A DNA stretch of 64,000 nucleotides from the NCBI GenBank assembly GCA_002692965.1, contig NZNC01000011.1, positions 39,330 to 103,329 on the forward strand. The letters are read 5' to 3'. Below the pieces are notes generated by a model. It did not search any database. It had not been told where the DNA came from and saw only the letters and a program-made list of their open reading frames with translations. Made by a program: the position numbers and the translations under genes. Positions 1-8,035 of this stretch are shown in pieces (position 1 is the stretch's first letter; every line of letters begins with the position of its first letter). The stretch is from Haliea sp. (GTDB taxonomy: Bacteria; Pseudomonadota; Gammaproteobacteria; Pseudomonadales; Halieaceae).

Positions 1-1572
1 GCCTTTAACTTCGAAATCTAGGCGGCGCTCTTCCAGTTCGAGCTCGGCTGCTTGAAGAGCCTCTAGATCCGCTTCATTGGGGGACCTGAAGTAACGCACC
101 TTTTTAGTCTTAATTTGACCATTTCGCTCACCACTGACAAAGCGCTGCACCCTGCCATGCCTATCGAGCTTAGGCTCCAAACGAATGCTAACTACGCTGT
201 AAAGTACGTCCTTCCACTTGCCATGATCGGACTCACCGCGGGCCTGGCGTTTAATCTCATCACCAGAGATAGCCTGCTGGCAATGTACGCACTGACCAAC
301 ACCGCGACTAACGGTTCCGGCATCCAAATCTTCACCGCTGGGGCCGCTGTTACCAGCTGTAACCTCAAAGGGTTCGAAGCGAACGGTGCGGTCTGACTGT
401 GGTTTGATGGCCACGCCCCACTTTTCACCCTCCTTGGAAAGCCATAGGGAATTGAGTAGAGGTGCATCGCCGACGCAGTGAGGGCAGGTGACCTGACGGC
501 AGTAAAGCAGCCCCATGTGGTCATGCTCGTTGGAGTATTCTTCTACCAGCTCAGGATGCTTGTGCAGGTGAGCTTCCAGCTTAACACGCTGATCAGCAGG
601 GATCGGGCTGAAGGGTGTGAAGGCGGCCATTTTACCCTCAACCGTTTCTTGTAGTTTTTCTACCCACTCCAAAATATCGTCCAACAAACTTTCACCAAAG
701 CGTGCCGGATAGTCCAGCGTGGCCTTGAGGATGACACTAGCGACCGGGTTAAGCTCGTTGGCGATGACCTTATGGCCGAGACGCAACGCCTCAAAGGGTA
801 TGGAGCCACCACCCGAAGTTGGGTCGAGCACTACTTTTCGCTGATGCTCGGGTAGTGGCTCAATCGGTATGGCGAAGGCGCGGGAATAGCCGTAAGAATC
901 CTCGGGATCCCAGCGAATAGCTGTGCCAAGGATATTTTTGACGTCGGCTCGCTTGGCGAACTCGATCTTCTCCTTGACACCGGCAGGATCGGCAGTTGCC
1001 TGCACCACTTCCAGCTTGGCTCCAACATAGACACCCATTGTGGGCAACTCTTGGACATCTACCTTCCAGGCCTGCACCACTGAGTCTTCCTGAAACTCGG
1101 GGCTTGCCTGTTCCAACTGACCGATCATTTCACGGCAGGCTTCACGGCGCTGCTGCTCCTTTTCCACCGCCTTGAGCACCGTCTTATCGACGGGCAGCAC
1201 CCAGCGGCCATCATCCTCCTGGTAGAACCGCTTGGTGATGGTATCGCCTACCAAGGTCCAGCGCTCTTCCCCCAGTTTGGCTTGCCATCGAACGATACCC
1301 AAGTCTTGCACAAACTGCTCAGGATCGGCATCCGCTGGCATCAGCGAAGCGAGAATTGCAGCCCGGCTGGGTACAAGTGGTCTGCGAGCCCACCATATAT
1401 GCAGACGATGAGTAGGCGGCGCTTTTCCAGTGTCACGCTCGCGGCGCGTTTCCGCCCCAACTTGATGGCAAGGAAAACCGGCTTCGATCAGGCGCTGGTC
1501 GTCGATCAATGTCTGGGCGGTGCTGGTGGTCGGCATGCTGGTAGCAGTCAGGCCTGATTCGTTGACGTCCAT
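1..1572 (-). CDS. DUF1156/COG1743-type adenine-specific DNA methyltransferase with Zn-ribbon; N-terminal 524 codons only, 3' end runs off the left window edge
   Basis: Absent from the ORF track because no stop lies inside the window. Hand translation of the minus frame from ATG 1572 gives 524 codons with no stop. A GAGGAA RBS lies about 9 nt upstream. Motifs: GFPCHQVGAETRRERDTGKAPPTHRLHIWWARRP (DUF1156 N-terminal signature as I recall it), VLDPTSGGGSIPFEALRLGHKVIANELNPVA (SAM-binding motif I), and CRQVTCPHC...CVHC (Zn-ribbon). Confidence 0.8.
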   Translation of the reverse strand, partial: MDVNESGLTATSMPTTSTAQTLIDDQRLIEAGFPCHQVGAETRRERDTGKAPPTHRLHIWWARRPLVPSRAAILASLMPADADPEQFVQDLGIVRWQAKLGEERWTLVGDTITKRFYQEDDGRWVLPVDKTVLKAVEKEQQRREACREMIGQLEQASPEFQEDSVVQAWKVDVQELPTMGVYVGAKLEVVQATADPAGVKEKIEFAKRADVKNILGTAIRWDPEDSYGYSRAFAIPIEPLPEHQRKVVLDPTSGGGSIPFEALRLGHKVIANELNPVASVILKATLDYPARFGESLLDDILEWVEKLQETVEGKMAAFTPFSPIPADQRVKLEAHLHKHPELVEEYSNEHDHMGLLYCRQVTCPHCVGDAPLLNSLWLSKEGEKWGVAIKPQSDRTVRFEPFEVTAGNSGPSGEDLDAGTVSRGVGQCVHCQQAISGDEIKRQARGESDHGKWKDVLYSVVSIRLEPKLDRHGRVQRFVSGERNGQIKTKKVRYFRSPNEADLEALQAAELELEERRLDFEVKG

Positions 1573-1597
1573 ACAATTGCTTCCTCTAACAAGGCGA

Positions 1598-1620
1598 CAG
1601 CCAGGCAACCGGCCTGGCTG
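1598..1620 (-). other. Perfect 9-bp stem / 5-nt loop hairpin (CAGCCAGGC-aaccg-GCCTGGCTG) in the 133-nt spacer between the DUF3780-like gene and the methylase gene
   Basis: Read directly from the sequence. A second 6-bp hairpin, CTTAGC-gtg-GCTAAG, lies at 1646-1660. The function (attenuator, processing site or terminator) is unknown. Confidence 0.5.
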
Positions 1621-1705
1621 ATCATGCATTCTTGGCACTGCCGCTCTTAGCGTGGCTAAGCTGCCTTTTCCGGCCCGCTTTGCGAGCCACTTCGATTCCT
1701 ATCCC

Positions 1706-2338
1706 TCAGCCGCGGGCACGCACCTTCTCCAGGATGCGTGGCACCCGCTTGTCGCCGGCCTCACCGCACAGCAACATGCGCAGCCCGCTGGTGGCCCAGC
1801 TGCGCAGCGCGGGGTCGGCGGTGGTGACGTTGGCCAGCCAGTAGACGGCCTCCTCCCGGGAGAACATCGCTACCCGGCGGCCGATCAGCTCGATGCGGTC
1901 GACGTCCTTCACCTTGCTCTGCAGGCGGAAGAACAGCGCCAGGCGGGCGCCGGCGGCCTCATCCAGAGGGAAGTTGAGATCACTCCGCTTGAGCCCCTGG
2001 GTGGACATATAGCCCTCCAGACCCAGGGGAATCCCCTGCTCGTCCTTCACCTCTTCCAGGATGCGCTTGAGCACCGGCAGGCAGGCGCGCACGCTCTCAC
2101 CGTGCAGGGTGCCGCGCTCCACATGCTTGGCGCGCGGGTTGGTGAGCCCTTCTATGTCGTCGCGGTCCTCGGGGGCAATGCGCTCCTTGATGATCAGCAC
2201 CGGCGGCGGCAGGTCCTTGTGGCGCGTCAGGCGCAGCACATAGGGCGAACGTTTGGCCAGCTTTGCCAGCTGCGCCTCATCGGCCTGATTGCTCTTGCGG
2301 CGGGCGCGGGGGGCCGCCTTCTTTGCGGTAGTGGCCAT
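1706..2338 (-). CDS. Small basic-N-terminus protein, DUF3780-like by size and gene context (210 aa)
   Basis: ORF track 1706..2338. It starts 9 nt after the stop of the DUF499 ATPase gene. The Lys/Arg-rich N-terminus reads MATTAKKAAPRARRK. The DUF3780 assignment is inferred from the known DUF499-DUF3780-DUF1156 neighbourhood and the roughly 200 aa size; no motif was recognised. Confidence 0.55.
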   Translation of the reverse strand: MATTAKKAAPRARRKSNQADEAQLAKLAKRSPYVLRLTRHKDLPPPVLIIKERIAPEDRDDIEGLTNPRAKHVERGTLHGESVRACLPVLKRILEEVKDEQGIPLGLEGYMSTQGLKRSDLNFPLDEAAGARLALFFRLQSKVKDVDRIELIGRRVAMFSREEAVYWLANVTTADPALRSWATSGLRMLLCGEAGDKRVPRILEKVRARG

Positions 2339-2347
2339 CGACGGTGA

Positions 2348-5300
2348 TTATCCTTCCAGTTGCTCAAGCATCTTGGTGAACTTGCAGTTCGGGTCTTGCT
2401 CACCCAGCGTCAGGCGAACCTCATGCTTCTCGGTGGTGAAACGCAATCGGTTGTTCAACGCAGAAAACAGCGCTCGGCTCTCGACCAGGGCGCCTACTGT
2501 GGTCGGGCCGAGGATCAGCTGAAAGCGGCCCTTATCAGGGGTTTCCGCGCCGATCTGTAACGTCTGCATCTCGGTCTTTGACTGGGCCAGTCCGGTGCCG
2601 GAGAGCAGGTTGAAGAGCTGCTTGATTTTCTCGGGCGTACGCAGCACAAAAGAGCGGTTCTCCACCTTGGGCTTGGCGATCCACCCGCGGGCCTGGGCCG
2701 TCTGATAGGGCACCACGATACCGCTGGTGATGCCGCCGACCGGCACGCTGTCGCCGGTCATCGCCTGTTCCGGGTCGGCATCCCCGCCGTCACCGAAGGC
2801 ATCCTGCGGGTAGGCCACCAGCTGCCGCTGGGCGAAGAGGTTCTCCAGCTGCTGCTGGTAGACGTGAGCATCGACCTTGTCGTGCTCCTGCTCGATGATC
2901 TGCGGCAGCTGTCCGAGATCGATCTGGTCACGACCCTCGATGGTCTGACGGATCCAGGCGCCCACGGTGTTGGGGTCGCGCACGATGCTCTCCAGCCAGC
3001 CGAGCTGCTTGGCGTGCTCCTTGGTGCAGAGGATCCAGCCCTCGCCGCCGTTCTCCAGGGGCTCTACCGTAAGCGGCGGCGGGTTGTCCTTGTGGTAGAG
3101 GGCGTCAGGCTTGTGGCTGGTCTTGTCTGGCATATGGCCCAGACACCAGCTGCTGCGCTTGGTACCTTCCACCAACACAGTGGTGAGTAGCGCCGGACGC
3201 TGCAGGATGGGCCAGTTACGGCGAGTCGCGAAACGCTCGACCAGGTCGCTGACATTGACTTGTTTGAGGCTATCGAAGAACAGCTTGCCAAGCAAAGTAA
3301 TGGCCTCTGCGGTGGAGGCTCGTTCCTCGCTAATCAGCTCGCCCTCGTCAGCCAGCTGCTTAAGGATGGCATCCTCCAGGTGCAGGCCGCCGGAGCCACC
3401 CGCGGTAGGACCACCACCGCGCTTGCCGAGGTCGCGGACCACGACTCGACCGCCCTCACGTCCCGGGTAGATCAGAAAGCGATAGGCCTCGTCGATGGCG
3501 GTACGCAGCTCGGCCGGGCTCCTGGCCGCACGCTCCCTGAATTCCCCCTTCTGCAGTTGCTCATGGCTGACCCCCCAGTTCTCGGGGTTTTCCTTGAGGC
3601 GCTCCAGGGAAATCGCCTTGCGCGCCAGGGTGAGAATGTTCTGTCGGGTTCGGTGTTCCTGTTGGGTTCGCGACTCCGTCCAGGTGGTGCCGGCGATATG
3701 AGTGGTGCTGGGGTTCAACAGGAAGACCTGGTTCTGATACTGACGCACCGCGTCACCGCGCCGCTCGATAAATCGCGCCGGGTCCATCTCTTCCACCTCG
3801 AAGGCGAGAATACCCAGCTGCGGCTTGGGGGTCTTGTCAGGTATACCTTCGTTGTCATCGATGTTGGGGTGCACATCGAACACCGAGGAGCCCTTGATCA
3901 GGCTGCGCACCACCTGCTCGACTCGCGTCATCGCTTCGACATGAGCCACATTGCCCTCGATACGGCGCAGGATGTTGTTGAGGGTCGGCACGGTATCGGC
4001 GTAGAGGCGCCCATTGCGCTCACGCAGATAGTTGGCCTCGCGCTCGATGGTTTCCAGCGCCGAGCGCACGGTGGCGGGCTTGATGGCCGGCGAGGCCATC
4101 TCGTAGACCGCCGAGGTGATGTCGATGCCGAACTTCTCATCCTGCAGCCCCCCGCCGCGGCCGATCAAGCTGTGCAGGAAGACCGAGCGCCACGCCCACT
4201 CATGTACTGGATAGCCATCCGGGTGGGGGTTGGCCGCATCCAACTCACCGGCCACGGTGCGGCTGGTGGCGTGGGTGCCGGAAGCCTTGCTGATGTCCGA
4301 ATCCAACACCGGAACCAGATCGCTGTTCTCGGTCTTGCCCAGCAGTTCGTTGCGGATGGTGCTGTCCGAAAGGTCGATATGCCCGGTCTGGATCAAAGGG
4401 ATGGCCAGCTTCGCCTCCCAGATGCGGCGCACGGCGCGCGCCAGAGTTCGCAGTAAACCGCGGGTGCCCTGGAAGCTCTCCACCTGGGCCAGCTCCTCGG
4501 AAAGGAACTCGATCAGCGTGGGGTGGAACGGATAGTGCGCTACCAGCCGATCGTGCAGCTGGGGATCGTTGGCGCCGGCAGGCAAGTCGGTGCCGGCCTG
4601 ACGATAAGTCTCGATAAACGCCGCGGCCACCTCGCTAGCTTCCGCCTGGTCGACCGAGACGAACAGGCGCTTGGCCATGATGCGGGAGAGATCGCCCTCC
4701 TGCACCGGCGTGGTGGCCTCCGAGGTTCGGTTGACCACGTCCAGCATGCCACGCTGCGCCTTGCGCACCACGGCCTCAGCCTCGGCCGAGCTCATGTTGT
4801 GGATGGACTGCAGCTTGCGGATCAGCTTGTTGAAATCACCGAAGGCATTGGTGGCCGAGGCCAGACTCAGCACCACCGAGACATTGGCTCTGCCTGCCGC
4901 ATAGGTGGAAAGCGACATCAGGAAGGCCGCCGACTGTTCGGCCCCCACACCGGGAAAAGCCGCCTCCATGCGCGAGAGGTACTGGGCGATCTCGTCGATG
5001 ATGATCAGCGTCGGCCGGTCGCCGAACAGCGTATCGAAGAACTCATCTGAAGCCGGCGCCGAGGCGTCATCCAGGCGCGACTGGATCGAGGCCTGTTGCT
5101 CGGTGGAGAGCGTCTGCTGGGCGATCATCCACCACAGGGTGTTGGGCTTGGGCGAAGCGCCACCGGCGGTCTCCCGCAGGGTATCCACGGTGTCACCGAT
5201 GATGCCGACCACCTGTACCTGTCCTGGCGCCGGCAAACGCTCGGGAGCGAGAATGCCTGTCATGTGATCGGCCAGTGGCTGTCCCTGCATGGCGGCATGG

Positions 5301-5614
5301 GCCAGGGCGATCAGGGTGTGGGTCTTGCCGCCCCCGAAGGCGGTATCGAGGCGCTGCATGGCCGGGCGCGACAGGTCGCCATTAGTCAGCCGAGCCAGAG
5401 CGTTATCCAGGATGGTGCATAGCCCTTGAGTCGGGTGCGTGGCATCGCGGAAGAAGGCCACCGGGTCGGAGTAGAGCGAGCCGGCTCCCTCACGGGCCTC
5501 GCCCTTGCGATAGTCACCCAACACCCGGCTGAGGCTGGCGGTAAAGATTTCCGGGTTGAAAGTGCCCGCGAGGATCTCGGGACGTGGCTGACAAGTGGAA
5601 AGAACGTCGCGCAT
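2348..5614 (-). CDS. DUF499/COG1483 P-loop ATPase (BrxC/PglY-like), about 1088 aa
   Basis: ORF track 2348..5737. I prefer the ATG at 5614 (MRDVLSTCQPRPEIL), which has a GGGAG RBS 7 nt upstream. Walker A is TAFGGGKTHTLIAL and Walker B is TLIIIDEIAQYL. The large C-terminal region is uncharacterised. Confidence 0.8.
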   Translation of the reverse strand: MRDVLSTCQPRPEILAGTFNPEIFTASLSRVLGDYRKGEAREGAGSLYSDPVAFFRDATHPTQGLCTILDNALARLTNGDLSRPAMQRLDTAFGGGKTHTLIALAHAAMQGQPLADHMTGILAPERLPAPGQVQVVGIIGDTVDTLRETAGGASPKPNTLWWMIAQQTLSTEQQASIQSRLDDASAPASDEFFDTLFGDRPTLIIIDEIAQYLSRMEAAFPGVGAEQSAAFLMSLSTYAAGRANVSVVLSLASATNAFGDFNKLIRKLQSIHNMSSAEAEAVVRKAQRGMLDVVNRTSEATTPVQEGDLSRIMAKRLFVSVDQAEASEVAAAFIETYRQAGTDLPAGANDPQLHDRLVAHYPFHPTLIEFLSEELAQVESFQGTRGLLRTLARAVRRIWEAKLAIPLIQTGHIDLSDSTIRNELLGKTENSDLVPVLDSDISKASGTHATSRTVAGELDAANPHPDGYPVHEWAWRSVFLHSLIGRGGGLQDEKFGIDITSAVYEMASPAIKPATVRSALETIEREANYLRERNGRLYADTVPTLNNILRRIEGNVAHVEAMTRVEQVVRSLIKGSSVFDVHPNIDDNEGIPDKTPKPQLGILAFEVEEMDPARFIERRGDAVRQYQNQVFLLNPSTTHIAGTTWTESRTQQEHRTRQNILTLARKAISLERLKENPENWGVSHEQLQKGEFRERAARSPAELRTAIDEAYRFLIYPGREGGRVVVRDLGKRGGGPTAGGSGGLHLEDAILKQLADEGELISEERASTAEAITLLGKLFFDSLKQVNVSDLVERFATRRNWPILQRPALLTTVLVEGTKRSSWCLGHMPDKTSHKPDALYHKDNPPPLTVEPLENGGEGWILCTKEHAKQLGWLESIVRDPNTVGAWIRQTIEGRDQIDLGQLPQIIEQEHDKVDAHVYQQQLENLFAQRQLVAYPQDAFGDGGDADPEQAMTGDSVPVGGITSGIVVPYQTAQARGWIAKPKVENRSFVLRTPEKIKQLFNLLSGTGLAQSKTEMQTLQIGAETPDKGRFQLILGPTTVGALVESRALFSALNNRLRFTTEKHEVRLTLGEQDPNCKFTKMLEQLEG

Positions 5615-6044
5615 TTTTTGCTCCCTGCAATGCCGCCAAGGCTGCCTCCACGAGACCTGAAACCCTGAACAGCTTGTTATAGCTTGCTTGCGCGCTATGT
5701 TACGCCAACCGGCATGGCTGGGTAAGAGATATGACACAAGCGGTTAAACTTACTCGAGGTATTGCCATGCGATGCTAGCAGCACCTTATAGGACTGCAGG
5801 AACACGAGGTGCTGGAGTTGTGGCGTGTGTCGCTTTTTATGTCGCTGCAAGCTGCGACCCTTATGCCATTCTGTCACTGGGGGACGGAATCCCCTCAATG
5901 GATTGGATTTCCCTTCTCTTATCGTAGAACCCAGGCCCGGGTCTCCACTCTGTTACACTGCGGCCTCGTCAGACATCAGCCGCGCTGTCACCCCCCGTGA
6001 GGCGCCGCCAGACACCTTGTGACCCGCCACTCGAGGCCCGCCCC

Positions 6045-7424
6045 GTGACTACTGCGTTTTCCTCTCTCGGCCTGCAGGCAGACCTGCTGGCCAACCTTGC
6101 CACGCTGGACTACCGCAGCATGACCCCGATCCAGGCCGGCAGCCTGCCCCTCATTCTGGCCGGACACGATGTCATTGCCCAGGGCAAGACCGGCTCCGGC
6201 AAGACCGCTGCCTTCGGCCTCGGCCTGTTGAACAAACTGGCGGTGGAGCGCTTCGCCGTTCAGGCACTGGTGCTCTGCCCCACCCGCGAGCTGGCAGACC
6301 AGGTGGCCCGGGAAATCCGCCGACTCGGGCGCGGCATTCACAATATCAAGGTGCTCACCCTCTGCGGTGGCATGCCCCTGGGCCCGCAGATCGGTTCGCT
6401 CGAGCACGGTGCGCACGTCGTGGTCGGCACGCCGGGACGCATTGAAGAACACTTGGGCAAGGGCAGCCTGACACTGGAGCAGCTGAGCACCCTGGTGCTC
6501 GACGAAGCGGACCGCATGCTGGACATGGGCTTCCAGGCCTCTCTCGACGCCATCCTCGAACATGTCCCCACGCAGCGTCAGACCCTGCTGTTCAGCGCCA
6601 CCTACCCGCCGGAAATCGAAGCGATAGCCCAGCGTGTCATGCAGTCTCCACAACAGGTCCAGGTGGAGTCCACTCACGACAGCAGCAGCATCGCCCAGGC
6701 CTTCTACCGGGTCGAGGACAGCGAACGCAGCCTCGCCCTGCGCCTGCTGCTGTTACAACAGCGACCGGATTCCGCCGTCATCTTCTGCAACACCCGCGCC
6801 GAATGCGCCGAGGTCGCCAGAGAGTTGACCAGTCACGGATTCAGTGCGCAGGCCCTCCACGGCGACCTGGAACAGCGCGAGCGTGACCGCATCCTGACCC
6901 GCTTTGCCAGCAAGAGCCTGTCGGTGCTGGTGGCCACCGATGTCGCCGCGCGCGGCCTGGATATCGACGCGCTCGACGCAGTCATCAACTACCATATCCC
7001 CCGGGACCTGGACGTCTACATCCACCGCATCGGCCGCACCGGCCGCGCCGGCAGCCGCGGCCTGGCCTGCACCCTGTTCAGCGAGAAAGAAGACCACAAG
7101 TTGGCGAAGCTGGAAGCACGGCTGGAACAGTCGATAGTGGCCGAGCCCCTGCCCTCGCGGGACCTGCTGAAAACGCCGGCCTACAAACCGCCCATGGTGA
7201 GCCTGGAAATCGGCGCCGGCAAAAAGCAGAAGCTGCGCCCGGGCGATATCCTGGGCGCCCTCACCAGCGAGAACGGCATCGACGGCAGCCAGGTGGGCAA
7301 GATCAGCATCCACGATAACTGGGCCTGCGTGGCGGTGCGGCGCAAGGCAGTGGATACGGCGCTGGACAAGCTTGGGCGCGGCAAGGTAAAGGGGCGCAGC
7401 CTGCGGGTGCGGGTGTTGGGCTAG
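6045..7424 (+). CDS. dbpA: ATP-dependent RNA helicase DbpA (DEAD-box with C-terminal DbpA RNA-binding domain)
   Basis: ORF track 5997..7424. GTG 6045 ([10 protein letters not shown]) aligns with the E. coli DbpA N-terminus MTAFSTLN. Motifs [20 protein letters not shown] and [10 protein letters not shown] are present. The C-terminal [15 protein letters not shown] matches the DbpA domain. Confidence 0.9.
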   Translation: MTTAFSSLGLQADLLANLATLDYRSMTPIQAGSLPLILAGHDVIAQGKTGSGKTAAFGLGLLNKLAVERFAVQALVLCPTRELADQVAREIRRLGRGIHNIKVLTLCGGMPLGPQIGSLEHGAHVVVGTPGRIEEHLGKGSLTLEQLSTLVLDEADRMLDMGFQASLDAILEHVPTQRQTLLFSATYPPEIEAIAQRVMQSPQQVQVESTHDSSSIAQAFYRVEDSERSLALRLLLLQQRPDSAVIFCNTRAECAEVARELTSHGFSAQALHGDLEQRERDRILTRFASKSLSVLVATDVAARGLDIDALDAVINYHIPRDLDVYIHRIGRTGRAGSRGLACTLFSEKEDHKLAKLEARLEQSIVAEPLPSRDLLKTPAYKPPMVSLEIGAGKKQKLRPGDILGALTSENGIDGSQVGKISIHDNWACVAVRRKAVDTALDKLGRGKVKGRSLRVRVLG

Positions 7425-7458
7425 CTGCGTCCGTGAGGGGCTTTATAACGTGAGGATA

Positions 7459-7548
7459 TGGCGGAGAGAGAGGGATTCGAACCCTCGATAGGTTTTACCC
7501 TATACTCCCTTAGCAGGGGAGCGCCTTCAGCCACTCGGCCACCTCTCC
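7459..7548 (-). tRNA. tRNA-Ser (anticodon GCU), 90 nt with long variable arm and encoded CCA
   Basis: The reverse complement reads GGAGAGGTGGCCGAGTGGCTGAAGGCGCTCCCCTGCTAAGGGAGTATAGGGTAAAACCTATCGAGGGTTCGAATCCCTCTCTCTCCGCCA. It folds as a cloverleaf with anticodon loop CTGCTAA and a GGTTCGAATCC T-arm. It is close to E. coli tRNA-Ser(GCU). Confidence 0.95.
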
Positions 7549-7712
7549 GCAGAGGTTTTCACCGGCCTTGCGCCGGTGCTCTGGACTGGCGATTGCCAGC
7601 GTTGAAACAGTGTCGTGTCACTGCCTCACCAGAGGGGCGGCATCATACCATACTGTGCCGAAATTCAAACCCCGCAGGGCCGCTTTCACGCACCGCCCCC
7701 GGAGAGACGTCG

Positions 7713-7759
7713 GCAACAGGCCGCCGCCACCGACAGACGCGGCGGGCAGCACCTGTTGC
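7713..7759 (-). terminator. Long GC-rich stem-loop abutting the csrA stop codon (GCAACAGG..CCTGTTGC outer stem, CCGCCGC..GCGGCGG inner stem)
   Basis: The complementarity was read directly. No U-tract follows on the minus strand, so terminator function is uncertain. Confidence 0.3.
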
Positions 7760-7960
7760 TCAGGAGTCCTGGTGGTCGTCGGGAAGGGGCGGCTCGTCGC
7801 CGTCCTGGATGCGATTGTAGATTTCTTCCCGGTGAACTGCGACGTCCCGGGGTGCATTGACCCCGATGCGCACCTGGTTTCCCTTCACGCCCAGCACCGT
7901 GATGGTGATGTCATCGCCAACCTTGAGCGATTCGCCGACTCGGCGGGTGAGTATCAGCAT
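7760..7960 (-). CDS. csrA: Carbon storage regulator CsrA
   Basis: This is the internal ATG of ORF 7760..8023. The sequence [48 protein letters not shown] is canonical CsrA. Confidence 0.95.
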   Translation of the reverse strand: MLILTRRVGESLKVGDDITITVLGVKGNQVRIGVNAPRDVAVHREEIYNRIQDGDEPPLPDDHQDS

Positions 7961-8035
7961 AGCGTCCTGTCTGCCTTGCGCTCGGGTATTGAACAGTTGT
8001 AGTTCAGATCCTGAAAAACGCAACCGGCGCGACCC

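Noticed and set aside
5615-5737. 41-codon N-terminal extension of the DUF499 ORF.
   Set aside because: There is no RBS, whereas ATG 5614 has GGGAG 7 nt upstream. The extension runs into the AT-rich spacer.
5870-5900. GGAATCCCCTC string that looked like a tRNA T-arm/att remnant near the island boundary.
   Set aside because: Only about 7 nt are shared with the tRNA-Ser 3' end, and the orientation is opposite to the tRNA gene at 7459-7548. There is no integrase nearby.
7560-7578. Hairpin CACCGGC-cttgc-GCCGGTG next to the tRNA-Ser 5' end, considered as a terminator.
   Set aside because: The T-run precedes the hairpin on the plus strand and an A-run follows it on the minus strand. Neither orientation gives a canonical intrinsic terminator. 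It may be a processing structure, but I cannot support a call.
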